Shown here piece by piece: positions 36,384-49,898 of a stretch of 64,000 nt of DNA; within the stretch, counting starts at the first letter, position 1; the number at the start of each line of letters is the position of its first letter. The notes below the pieces were generated by a model. That model was not told the DNA's origin. It saw only the letters and a list, made by a program, of their open reading frames with translations, and searched no databases. This DNA is from Ramazzottius varieornatus (taxonomy: Eukaryota; Animalia; Tardigrada): assembly GCA_001949185.1 (NCBI GenBank), contig BDGG01000006.1, positions 2,338,827-2,402,826 on the forward strand, read 5' to 3'. The position numbers and the translations under genes were made by a program.

Positions 36384-36640
36384 TACCATCGCAAATATTT
36401 GGGTTGGGAGCAGCGCATTGATTAGCCTACGCTCGGTAGTTCGGCTCAGTTTTATATGATAATTGCAGAGCGGATCTGGGCGGTCTACTCGGAAGAGAGG
36501 TACGATTCGTAACTGGAATCACGCGTTACAAGTGTCCAGACAAGCCCGGTTTCCGTCGCGTTGATAGGACCGTATCTTCGCACTGCCTCTTAAAAACGAC
36601 AAGTGCTTTTTCTACAGCTAGAAAACTGTTCTTCTTCACA

Positions 36641-38066
36641 ATGAATGTCACTAATGATTTGACGTTGCTAATGTTTAACGGTTCTATCAAAAAGTCAAGC
36701 GGTCATTTGTCTGTCTACAGGATCTTTGACAGTTTCAACGCAGCGGTGCCCCACGTCATGTCAATTCTGTGCGTCGCCATTAGCTTCTCGAACGCTTTGG
36801 TGTTATCCGCCTTTGTCGTCAACAAGCACCTGCGAACCCCCTTCAACATGTACCTCATTAACCTCCTCGTCTCCGACCTTGCACAAAGTCTGTTGGACCT
36901 GCCATTCACTACCATGGGCGGCTTCTTGCCAATCTGGCCTCTTGGGCGGAAGGCTTGTAGCTTTAGCCTGTATGGCAAGTGGGTGTATTCGGCTGTTGTT
37001 CGTAATACCCATTCCCTGATAAGTTTTAACCGCATCTGGGCCTTGTTCTTTCCCATCCATTACAAGCAATACCATTCAAAGGCAACTGCCATCTGGCTTT
37101 GTGTGGCTACGTGGGTGTATGTCCACCTTTGGTTGTTGCCGGGTCTGATTCCCGATGACTTGTACTACCGACTGGACGACGGCTCGTGTCAGGTGAACAC
37201 CACCGCAAACCCGCGTTGGGCGTTACCAACACAGATTGTATTGTACAATTCTTCTGTTTTCATCGTCGCCATTACGTATCCGGCTATCTGGTGGAAGGTA
37301 CGCGTACGAAAAGAATGGTTTTACGCATGTTGGACGTAACAGCTCCGGTCTTTTCCGTGCTTGTTGGCGTGGTGGCAACCATGCTCGTTTAAAACATGCC
37401 ATCTGTTCCCAGGACTTGAGTGCATTTCCCGTGAATAACAGTTACCTTCCTTATAAACAAGTTTTGGTTATTGTCAAAATAATCTGCCCTTATCCACGAT
37501 TCTAGGTTCACCAACGCCGAAAAACCATGCCTGTCCAAGGTCACCGACAGACGGCGCCACGTCCTCGACACTCTCGAAGCAATGCAGCCATGAAAGTGGG
37601 GGTTAGGCAGACAGTGTACGTGTCCTCGGGAGCTCCGTCTAACTTGCAGGGGTCGACAGGAAAGACTGACACACCAGCTGCCGATGGTGTAGAAGACGGT
37701 AGAGCCCAAGGAACCGTCGAGGAGGCGCGTGGATCGTTGGAACATAGCAGTCCAGTTACGGTAGCTCAACGTCATGCCCTTCAACGTCGGCATGTCACAG
37801 GCAACCGGTCGGAGAGCTTTGCCGTGTTAACCTACTTGGTTCTCGGAGTCGTATTCTGCTGGACTCCCATCATGGTCTACTTCACCATGACCATCGTGGA
37901 CCCGAATTATGATAGCTACCTGCACTTCATCATCGGATCGTTATTGTATTTTTTAAATTCATTTCTTGATCCAATATTTTTCACCATGGCCATTACTCCT
38001 TTGCGAGCTACAGTTCAACGCATCTTGGGTCGTGCTGTACCGGGATGTCTGAGACGCTGCTTTTAA
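36641..38066 (+). CDS. Class A (rhodopsin-like) GPCR, 2 exons
   Basis: SNALVL, LRTPFNMYLINLLVSD, WPLG..AC, ISFNRIW, TM5 TYPAIW, phase-0 intron ~37298-37505, CWTP, NSFLDPIFF. Confidence 0.93.
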
Positions 38067-38865
38067 CAACCACCGACAGGTGACGCTTAACCTCTTGCTG
38101 AAGCTCGCTTTTCTCAAGATGCCTTGCCTTTCTTATGGTTCTCACTGATAAATCGATAATCACCAACGCCTCACAATAGCACCCAAGGTCTTTGTCTCTC
38201 TGCTGTGCTTCGGAAGAGGTTGAGCATTAAGATGGTGCTCTGCATCCCGTTTGGTAGGATCGATCACTGCCTTGAGAATTGTGGAGCCATACAGTACCTA
38301 GGCCTATGAGGATTTGACTAAAAAAACTTATCAGCGCGAACAAACATTGCTGAATTGCTGCATACAGTTTACAGTCTTGATTTTCTTGGTTCTCGATCGT
38401 TATGCTCGACAACAAAGGTCCTACCCGCCAAAGGCACTTTCCGCAGTTAAAGTTGCGAAATACTGTAATTCAAGGGAGGAGGCTGGTTTTTTTAGAACTA
38501 AATAAGGTGTCTGGAACGTAGAAGTATTTTTCGCCAACCTTTGTCAATGACGTAGACCCGGACGTGGTGGACCAAAACATCGAACGGGCTTTCAAAACCT
38601 ACTGCGCTGTAAGCGGCTAGAAATTCTGACGAATTACTAGCTGGACATTTTACGCATGTGAATTGTAAAAGTTGAAAGCTTCAAGGAAGAAATCAAAACA
38701 AACAACAGGAGTAACTTGCTAAAATTTCAGCACCATAAACAAAATAATACTGTTGAGGTTAAAAGTATGTCAGAACCGTTTCATACAGGTCTGTTGTGCT
38801 AAATCACAGTTGAGAGAGAACGTAAAAAAAGGGCTGCCGAATGTCAGTGGCTCCGCTGACGTCAT

Positions 38866-41485
38866 TCAGAGTGCAGTGTTTTCTCCAGAGAGCTCGCTCC
38901 TGCAAAGATTGCGATTCAGTTGGACACAGTAAAGACTCAAACCGGACCGATGATATTTTTCTCACTTGAGCTGTTTGTTCCGAGTCTTCTCGTAATTATT
39001 CTCCGGAGGCTCGCACTGGAACGATGCAAGCGACAAGGCCGACTCGGAGAACACTGGGTTCGTCAACAGGTACTTGACCACCGGGTTGTTCCCATCCAGC
39101 GGTATCTACAAGTAGGAACTGCGCTTCAAAATACGGCACATCCTTGAAACTTTGGTGAACCACGAACGAACAAACTTACAGGCGCTTGCTTCCATGCGAG
39201 GAACTGTGTCACTTGTTTCGCCAGCTGCCAGAATTTTTCAAAATTCACGTGTCCACTTTTCGAACGGTTGGCACAGCCTTCATTGAGGAAGTAGAGATCC
39301 TTCACGAGTAGAGAGAAAAAAGGAATGATAACCTGGAAGAAAAATGAGAGTGATGGCTGAACATGGCGAACCCTAGTAAAGTGTGTGGGTCATAGTACCT
39401 TTTCGCATTCGGTGGAGGCGCTCTCTGACCTCCACATGGCGGCTTTCAGCGTCGACCTGTACGAGTTAAAGTTCCCCGTTGGGTCCATCTGATGTTCTAG
39501 TATCTCGAACTTTTGTAGATTAACTTTTGCCCACGTCTTCCGTAACCGGCTAACCGGACTCATGTTCAATCCGGCAATGATTGCCATTAGCGAGTTGAAG
39601 TTGCCCAAGTTGAAACATTCTTTGGCGACGTCGATGAAATAGTCCAGTATCCTCACACGGTGGCGCTTCTTCAACTGCATGCAGGTCTCGGTCGCCACCA
39701 GGTAGCTCAGCCGATTGAACCACTGTACGTAGGCTTCTAGGTTTCTTGTGCGTTTCATGTCTCTTAGGGGAGTTTCCACAGTCGGACTCTCTTTGGCGAA
39801 GGCCTGGACAAATTCCTCCGGACCGATAAACCGTAGTCTCTCGAGTTCGATGGCTGTCAGGTAGTGCGCGAGTTGAGCAGGGTTGGGACAAAGGGTAAAG
39901 AGATCGGTGGTCGGGTTGGAGTTACTGGCTATCTTTTTTGAGGCTTCTTGCTGGATGGAGGTTAACTGAGATTCATATCTTTCAAGGAGGGATAACCTGG
40001 AAAGAAGGTTGTGCAAGATGTGCGTGACGTCTTTGCGGGTGGCTGGTTCGAAGGTCAGACAGAAGTGAGTAATGTCTTTCAGGCTGGTCATCATCCGTTC
40101 ATCGCGGAAATCATACGCGAAAGTGTCGGTCCAGTCGCTGAAATTCACAGATAAGAAAGTGAGAAGTGCGAAGTGATGGAGATGTAATTTATTCGTTTGT
40201 TGTGAGTGAAAGTGTGAGAAATGATGTTCGATGTGGTGGGTGAAGGAGCTTTATGGGTGTTACCTGATCAAGCGGACAATATGACGACAGAAGATTCCCA
40301 TGCTTTCGATACCGATGGTGGCGGGATACAGGCTCTGATGGAGTGTGCAGGCGTCGAAGAGCTGATGAAAAAGGGCGTATGGCTTGATAAATAGGCGGGA
40401 ACTGAGCAGGAATGCGAAAATATAGGTTCTCTGAAAACATAACAGAAGATGTGAATCCGATACTCATAGAACCAGGGGAAACCTTAGTCAGGTCTATCCT
40501 CCCTGCGATCCTCTATGCACAATACATGTCGGTCATAGAAAATAGCCACGATCTCAAAGGCAGCTCGTATATTACTACACGGGCGAACTTGAGTAAACAG
40601 GTATCAAATCTGAAACATCTCGAATACCAGAAACAACTCCAGTCTTTTTTCAGAGATGTGCTTTTCAGTTCTTCTGCAGTATTATTTTGTAATGCAGAAC
40701 GCGAGGAAGTTTAAAAAGAATTAGTTCGTGCATGTGGTTGTAGACAGGGCAGCTATCTTTGGAATCCATGGCGCCACACTGACAACCGAAAAGACGGAAG
40801 TTCCGTCACGTCCGCAGCTGGAATCTCTGATCAGCATGCCGGCTGCCACTGTTTTGATGCCCTTCAAAAACGGCGTCAGCTTCAGACGCCGGAATGAAAG
40901 CTAAGGCGCAGAAAAGACTCAAGCGTAATCCTAAACCGACCTTGACTCAACTTCGACATTTCTCGGTGATTCAAAGTGTATCCTTCCTGCAGCTTCCGTT
41001 TGTGTATCCAGTTTAAAAGTGTTACGAATGGTGCCGAAAACTTAACGAGGTCGCTCTCTGCTCCCTAATGGCATACACTACTTTTACCGAACTCATCACA
41101 AGGAGTACTCACATCAGGATAGTAATCCACACCCGGCATCACATGATGAATCAGGCCGTCCAACGTTCCCGAGGTCAAGATTGAGTTTTCGAATATCAAA
41201 CTTTGCTGCAAGATAAAACATGACACACTTTATTCAATCTGTCCCAAGCTCCAATTCAATCAAGAGCGCGCCGCGAGCCATCCTTTTCGCGGCTCAACCC
41301 AGAAAGTTGCAACAGAAGAGAAAGCAACTTACATCGGAGGACCGCTGACTTCCGGTAGGACTGATTGACGTGACGTCATCGTTGGTGAACTCCCCGCTGG
41401 AGCGCGAACCGTCCTGCGAGGCCGTACTGTTCGTTAGGCTGCCCATGCTATTCCAGCGACGTGATTGACCATTCGCCCGAATACT
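38866..41485 (-). CDS. RASGEF1: RasGEF domain-containing family 1 (REM + CDC25 domains)
   Basis: SGTLDGLIHH..P.VDYYPD, WTDTFAYDFRDERMM, LTAIELERLRFIGPEEFVQAF, NLEAYVQWFNRLSYLVATE, GNFNSLMAIIAGLNMSPVSRL, MDPTGNFNSYR, VIPFFSLLVKDLYFLNEGC. Confidence 0.95.
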
Positions 41486-44400
41486 CTGCGAAGAACCCAA
41501 TTGTTAAACTTCCAAAGTCCGAAGCGAGCATAAGTGCCAATCGAGCCGTTCCGGTTTTGATATTTCTAGTCGCACTGCGCAGGACTGGGACGAAACCAGT
41601 AGAGATACTGACAGCTTGATTGAAATCAGAAGCAATCCATGAAACACTTCAGTAAAGAGAATGAGATGGTGTGCTTGACCAAACGTGCGTTAAACTCACT
41701 TTGGCCTCAATATCACAAGAAAACACGCGCAGCTTCTCTGTAAACTATAGCAGCTAGTGATCCGAACAAAAAAACTACCTCCTTGAGTCAAGTTCATCTG
41801 GTTCCTGTGTCTTTGATAAAATAGACAAGCAAGTGCAATGGGGATTTAATGGACAAGTTTGATGGCGACGCAGTGGCGGACTGATCAATGGTTATAGCTG
41901 GTTGCACTTGAGTGGGTCGTTCGAGAACCCACAAAAAAACCAACGAATGCCAAACAGTAGAAACCATCAGCTGCAGTGGGACAGTGAAAGCAAGGTTGAG
42001 AACGGCAATGATCTGGATGAATTCCACGCTCGCTTGAAACTTGGTTCCACTGGCTGCGTTTCGTAAACTCTCTCCGCCAGAGCTACTACGGAAGGCGCTC
42101 GAACGGAAAAGCTCTTGGCGGAGTACCGTGATGCTGTGTTGTGATGCGTGTAATTTACTCTGCGGGAAACTCTTCCTGGTTTGCTAATAGATCTGTCTAT
42201 TTCAGCTGTCTTTCGCGGATGATACCATCACAGCAGATCAACTCAGACTATTTAGAAAACCCGCCGAAAAATAATATTAAACTGGAAAACAGTACCTGTT
42301 TTATCGCCGCCATCCGCGTTGCAGTGTCCGTTGCCAAATTCCCGAAGATAGTTGGCTAGAAGAGGTTTATGTTGTACTTGGCTATACTGAGAGCAAGTGT
42401 TACGGTAGAGTGAGGAAGAATAGGCGAAGAACTCACTCGGGCTTTGATGGCGTATTTGACTCCAAAAGCCGGTTGGGCGCGGTTACTCTGCAATAAAAAT
42501 CAAAAAATAAAATTCCGTTGGTCGACTTGATGGAGTTGCTCAAATGTAAAATGACATTTGTAGAAATCACGCAATGAAGATCAGCGGCTACTAGACACGT
42601 TTGACATATTTCCTTTATGAACTCAATACAGTACTGCACAGGAATGTGCATGCCGGTGTGCCCGAAGTGATCGATGATAAGCATACAGGCATGCAATGGA
42701 CAATTCGGAGGAGATTTCCGAAAAGTGGCTTCTGCCGGCACGAGATGGCTAACGTACTCTACCCCGAGAGGGAACTATCTTATAAGCGGCTATTTGCTCA
42801 ACAACTCAGCACACTTTGAATTTAATACATAACGCTGATAATCTGGCCTGAAAGGCATGCTGCCACCAAACTCTACTCTGTACGACGAAAAACAGGGGCA
42901 GGAGCAAAAAGTAGGACGAGGCTGTATATTCAGCGTACATAGTAAACATGTATACACGCTCCACATTATGAGTAATTATGTCCATCTTTTTACATTAGGC
43001 ACTTTAGGATACATTTTAGTGCTTGAAGAGCTGGCGGCTAAATGCATGGGCGAAAGTGCGCCCCAGAAGTTTATTTCGATAAAAGCTGTTGAAGACCTAC
43101 TCCACAATCTCCGCCCGATCACACATCTGGCTCGTCTTCGACTATTTCACACGTTCGACGTTTGCATACAATGGCCGGTGAAGCGCATCATTGATCACTG
43201 TTCTGATCCACAAAAACACACCAGAAGAATCAATGGGAACTCTTTCTTGCTTGAAATCAATCGGTCGAATCAGATGCTGACTCCTTTTTTGTTGACATGT
43301 TTATACGTTGAAAGTTGAAGTTACACGTTGTGCAATATGTGACAAGGGTGTCAAACATGAAGTTATCACGTATCGATTCAGCATACACAGAGGAGTGTTT
43401 TTTGTATGTGTTTGGAGCCATTACGTAGATAGCATTTCGGCGGTTATTTATAGACACATGACCAGTTCGTGGACCGAAAATTCATAAGAGGCAGAGTCAG
43501 AGACGATATTTGACATGCACGATGAGAACCTCATCATCAGTGATTATCGTCATGTATGTATGAACGATAAGAACTACCGATAATGAGGCGCCGAGAAATA
43601 TCGGAGTACACTTTGTAGTTGTCTGAACGAAGATCTCCGTCGCCTGAAACTATCGAACTTTATCTTCGGTGTTTCGACGATCGTAGATTTAATTGGCCGT
43701 AATCTGAAACGCGAAGGAAATAATCGAGGAATGTGTCGGTTTCGTATCACCGGGAAGACCCATAAAATTACTGGACGAGAGTATCGAAGAGTTATTTTGC
43801 TACTACGATCGGATCTTTTTTTTTAAACTTGATCTCGAAATCAAAAGTAAAACCGCTCAATCGTCATTGGAAAATTTCGGCACACCGGTAGGAGACTTCG
43901 TCGGCCAACGAAGATCCTGGCTGAACGTACGAACCTCATAGACAGACTAAAGTTACAGAAGCATTTGGTCATCCGAGACATGTGGTCAGCACAAACGTTT
44001 CCACGTATTTGTTGTTTCTTCGAACTTTTGTAAGCATCAGTAACATGCAGATGAAATGCAAATTCCATATGATCTTGACCCACATCAGCGTATGCTTTCT
44101 CTGTGCTCAAAACAAATAGGTTTGACTAATTCGTTGTTTCAAGCAAGAAAACGCTTCTGTCTTTGCATGTACCGATGCGCGGGCGCCCCCTATCGAGTAA
44201 CAGAACTTAGATAAAATTCCGAGAGGTTTTGGCAGTAAATATGTGTATTACTTGGAGATGTAATGAGTGTTTTGAGCCATATAAACGGTAGCGAGAAGTA
44301 TGTAGTATTGATAGATAAACTTAATGAACTGTGAACATGCGTTTTGCCAGTTGCCCAAACTGACCATTCCAGCACGTTGTAAGTACCATCAGCGGCTCTC

Positions 44401-47400
44401 AACACGTGCGAAGAAATTGGCGCAAAGAACAAGTGTCCAGTGTACTTCGCTAAGTGACCTAACGGACTAATGGCTACGGCGCATTTCGTACTTATCCTTC
44501 CCACCGGATTTCTTCACGCGCAATAGAAGTGAAGATCTCGAAGCTTAGCATTCAACGTAAAAAGAATTATGGATTAGTCTAATGACCCATTTTCGCGGTG
44601 CGAGCTTTTATCGAGTGAGACCTAAGCTAGACTGATGGACTCATCCCACTCAATTGCTCAAGCCTGACGCGCGATAGAGTTATTTCCAGTAAGCCATTTT
44701 ACATTCGTGTAGCAAATTCATGGAGAACAAATTCCGCCTATTCTGTTGTGAGACGTTTTATCACAGCCGTAGAATCGTCGACAAGTTCTAACAGGGTCGT
44801 AAAATGACCACATACTTTGCTTCTTACAACATGGAGGTGGGCATTTCAAAATCTATCGAAATTTCATGTGGCACTATAGAAAGTGAAACCGCCCCGAAGA
44901 ACGTTACATTGTGTTCTCATGCATAAACGCAGACCTATTTTCATAAAACTTTCGACCACCCAAAACCTTGACTTCAGAAGTCGAATCGATAGTAAGTCAT
45001 CTTCTACAATCAAGCAGCATTCTTTTGGTCAACAAAAAACCGGGACCTAGTAACAACCCCTGAAGTTCAGACCTGTCTTCGTTGTGGCGGGATGAGTAGT
45101 CGATAATCGAACGGGAAAGTAATTTTGTTGATTGACCACATAACATCCATAATTGCGGACCGCCTGCTGACTTGGAGACAAACAAGATTTTAATAATAAA
45201 TAAATGGCCATCTGACTATCCTCCCATGCCGGACTGACGCGGGCTTATCATACTGTTTCACTCTAACCAATAGATAGAGACCTGACATTCACAAGCAAGG
45301 GTACCGGCTGTTTTTTATAAATATTGACAGTCGAAGAACAAACCGGGAAAAACGAAAGTTGGAGGATTTTCGCCCGAATTTTGAAAGGCGGTTTCCGACT
45401 GGTGGGGGGGGGGGAAGAAATTAAGAGAGCCATACCTTGAGGCTGAAAAAGTCTTTCAGGACGTTCACCAGAAATCTGTTGGTTCCTCATATATATAATG
45501 GAAGTTAACCGCACACAAGCCGACATGTAATCCTCAAATTATACCACTGTCAATCACCCCATGGCATGACTTTAGTCCACCGAGCTTTGCAAGATAGACT
45601 TGAAAAATTGTTCGTTCTGTACCGCTGAGAATTTCTTACGTCTCAAAAGAATAAATTACAGTGTAAAACCATCACCTCGCACGCTAGAGACCGCAACACA
45701 CGACTAGGCAGCAAACCTGTTTGTCCGAGCCACGTGAATTCACAATGGTTGCTGGTGTGACGGCGAGCGGCAAACTTGTAACCGGTACTACGTTTGCACC
45801 GACCGCAGCAAACTCATAAGAACACAATTACGGAAGGAAAACAATAGCAAAGAGAAATATCCTGAAACCGAACACTGAAACGATATTTGACTCCGTTCTT
45901 TGAAATCAAAGGTAGTGAATATACAATGACTTTGCGCGGGCATATTATTGATGATGTGGTGAGGTGTGTTGTGGCATCGTGCAGAGACTCGTAATTTTTT
46001 TTCCGACAGTTCGGGCACTTAGGTATGAAGACAGATGGTTCTTTAAGAGAAGGTTGATAGCTGGGAGGCAAAGGTTTGTGGACAGGTAATGGTGAACCTT
46101 GCAAAAAGTAAGCGCGTACCACCGCTCAAAATTTGTTATGGATCGATGGGCTCGCTGATCTTGCAGGCCGCGAAGGCTAATCAAGCTGTGTCGACAAGTC
46201 TAACTTCGAACGAAACTGACCCATCGATCAAACTCGTACCCTTCAAGTTCTTTAGTTCATTCAAAAAAATTAAACGCACCACATTCCGCATTCCTCAGAG
46301 GCACAATGGCGATTCAATAATGGTTCGTGTGTCAAAACGCTAATGTACAATACGGCCTATGGACGCTGAGCGAAGTTGAAAAGATCACGGATCGCGACAC
46401 GCTTGAACGCCTCCAAAGCTGTACCTCCTCAGAGAAATTTGTAGAAAAAAAGGGTCCGGGGTATTTGGGAAAATATCGTAGGATGCGCTTACTCACAAGA
46501 CCATAGAATGTCGTACTGGAAGTTTGGCGTATTCTGATGGCTATTCCTGTTTTCATGGCCCTGATCGTGGAATTTTCATTTGTGAGCAGCTCTTCTGGAG
46601 TGTTTGGTTGGTGTTCCAGTTCAGTGCGTAAAGCAGACTAATCAGCTAAATTAATTATCATCCATCACAAAAGTAATCAGATGAAACCAACAAGCGTACA
46701 TTCTGATGTCTCCTTGTCTGCTACTGTCGGGCTACAAGGAAGCTCGAATTCCCGAAGGAAAAAGGGATCTGCGTAAAATGAAGCCAGAATTGCTAAGCTC
46801 TTGAGCTCGTTAGTCTTGACATTGGGAATATGCAAACTACGGTATGCTTCGTCGACTTTGAGACAAAGCAGCCGGGATAACGGAGAGCAGCCCGGGTTAA
46901 GTTGCTGATTACCAAGACAAAGAAAGGTTGGCGAATGCAGGCCAGACGAAGACTGCGGGCAGGAAGATACTACAGGTAACGATAAGGGGAATTGTGATAA
47001 TGAAGGCCAGGAATGCTCTTCAGCTGGCCTTTAGGGCCAATACAGAACTTGGCTTTCAACAGCATGGCAAACATGGCGCGCGGACATAAATGTCGCCTTC
47101 TTCGGCTCTTATCAACGCTATGAAAACATTCGAAGATATGCTCGAACATTTACGGCATTCAGGTGAAGAATGCGAACTATTCTTCGTAAGAGCGATCTAA
47201 AAAGCGTGAAAGAGCCATCATTTTCTATTCGACCGGGTGCAACCTTTTGACCGCATGCGAGATTTTGACCATTAATATACACATGAAATGAAGCTCTCTC
47301 AATTTTCTATCTTTCCCGACCAGCGAACTATTCGCAAAAACTGAAATGAACCCGACACGTTCGTAGCTTACAACCAGCCCGATTCTTACCGAGCATGCAA

Positions 47401-48763
47401 CCTTCAATAGAATTTCAATGTCCAATAATCCAGGAAGTAACCCGAGTTAATACGGTTTGCAAATGCGACAGTTCATAGTAATGAATCGCGCAGTATGAAA
47501 ATTCCAAGTCATTAGCTGCCAACAATCGCAGCGGAACAGATCTTTCAAGCGGGTATCGAAAGGGTGAACACCGTTGTTGATAAGCCGCGACAGTAATGTT
47601 TAGCACTTAAACACGCATAAACAGCTGAATATTTATTGCCAAAGGATTTAGCTGACGTGCAAACCATACAATGCGCTTCAAGACGTTGCAGAAAAGACAA
47701 GGCCGTTGGCGACGCTGGTTGTTACAAACTAGCCCGCGGTCAATTCTGTACACTGGCTGGCTTGTCCTTGTCCGTTACAAGCAGCTGCACTCTGTGACGC
47801 GCTAACGCCTACTGTTCCATCAATCAAGAGCAGCCAGCTGAACGAGTGGGACGGTGGTCTTGGTGGAAACCGAGCAGAGCGATAAGAAGATAGTGAGTGG
47901 TCAGCGTTACAGCGTGGGCCCACTCGCACAACTGATACCGCTCGCTATGTCCATCGCGACGTGAGGCGGAACAGCAAACAGCTGCGCTGATTCACTTGTC
48001 AAAACTCAATGCGGGATATATCCAATAGTGGATCAGTTTTCAAACGATACGAAGAAACAAGACTCCTCTGTTTCATCTTGATGAATTTAATTTAGAAATT
48101 GCTCAAACTTGGACTGTTATAACACCGTTCCATTTCGGGGCTAACTCTCGGATTGTTTTAGAATTGAGTGGGCAGTTTGCAGAGTGGCGCCACCTAGGAA
48201 GAAGGCATAGAAATGGCGCGTTTGCTTTGTATCACAGCTGGGCTTCTGTAGGTGGCGCTGCTACTGAAACCTTCCACTGTCTACAAGTGCAGATTTTGGT
48301 GCTTCTAGCCAGCCTATTCGGCCCGAAGTTGGAATCTCGAGAATTTCACTTTGCATCTACAATGTCGAGATCAGTAGCCTACCGGTGATCGCGCGACTCA
48401 ATACATCAACCAATGACCATTCAAATTGTGACTATACTAATGATCACTAGTAGGCTGCTTATCTCGACATTGCAGGTGTACGACCATGTCATGTCATCTT
48501 TCAAAACACAATGAAGCGGATCACTAACGGATTGCAGATAACTACTTATGAAGCCGAGAAAGCGCTCAGGAAAAACAGTACTCGCCAACGTTACGCCATG
48601 ATGTCACTCAGAGCCAGCATCATGCACTACTTTCGAGAAATCAGAGTTCTAATTTTGCTGCACATACAGTAGCCTGGATTGCTGCAAGGGACTAGTTTAT
48701 TGCGCTATACTTCAGGTTTTCTACGGTTATTTTATTTGTTGATCGAACACCAGGAGGACTTAC

Positions 48764-49898
48764 TCGTTGCTGTTGTGCGGCATTTCGCAGTAACCCAAGC
48801 GCCGATTGTTGGTATTCCCAAAATAATTGCTGATGTTGAACCTCCATGCGCCTGTAAACAAGAAAGTTTCGAGGCAGTTCTTAAACCAGACATCGTGAAA
48901 GTACTCCATCTTCAAAGCGTGAGTTTTTGACAACAATGGGACCACGACTCGCAGGTGATGCAATTAACAGAGCAATGAGACTTTACTTTATTCAGCGCAG
49001 ACATACACACCTGATATATTGTTGTTGTTGCTCCAGTTCTTGCTTCTGCAACAAACACAAGAATATACAAGCGTCATCACCATAAATACAGATGTAAATG
49101 CGCAAATAACCGCTGTCTGCTCGTTCTCGCAGAGAAAAACGAATAAAATTGGCGCTGTTAAATTCTGACATATTCATTTGGGCTTAGTATTCTCATGTTA
49201 CCGATCGAAGAACTTTGGAAATGTGCCAACTTACACCACAGGTATCGTTCGAAAAGTATGGTGAGGCAGTTTCCAGTTCGCGCTGCAGCGCTCGCAGCCT
49301 TCGTCGTTCGGCTTCCAGCAGGAGATTAGTAACCTGTAAAATTAGCCCCGAAAATAACCGACCAATGCTCTGCTTTACGTAATCTCCGCCACTTAGTCAA
49401 GGCCAACCCAGTGGCCAAATCACATCTTAGGGAAAACCGATACACGACGTTGACCGTGGTGCCTGCCGCTGTCAAGGAGTGGTCGCGCGTCTTGTCACGC
49501 TTGGACACATTGGAGGGGTCCTCTCCACCAGGTGATGGTCAACGAGAATAAACGAGAGCACTTCACCGCACGACTTCACAGTGTAATCGTTGTAGTGGGC
49601 CTTTGTAATTAAGCCCCAGTCATGTCCAAACAAAAGTGACAACAAGCAAAGTACTAACCTCCATTTGAATGCCAAACAAATCGGCATGCGTTGAGGCCGC
49701 TGAGGCTTGAGCCCCACTTGTGCCGTTACGAGTGTGGCCGCTGGTTGGGGGTAATCCTCCTGTTGGACGCTTGTTCGTCAGCGTATCCGTCGTCAGGGAT
49801 TTTGACCGGAGGTCTCCACCGATTCCCAATGATATGACGGTAGGCTCGCTTTCGACGGTATCCGTCGATATCGTCGAAGAATTACTCGTCAGCGACAT
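48764..49898 (-). CDS. Four in-phase coding exons (Ser/Thr-rich, then coiled coil), probably distal 5' exons of RASGEF1
   Basis: Exons 49898-49659, 49333-49235, 49045-49011 and 48851-48764 have canonical GT-AG sites and compatible phases. The last donor (phase 0) fits the acceptor at 41485. Confidence 0.6.
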
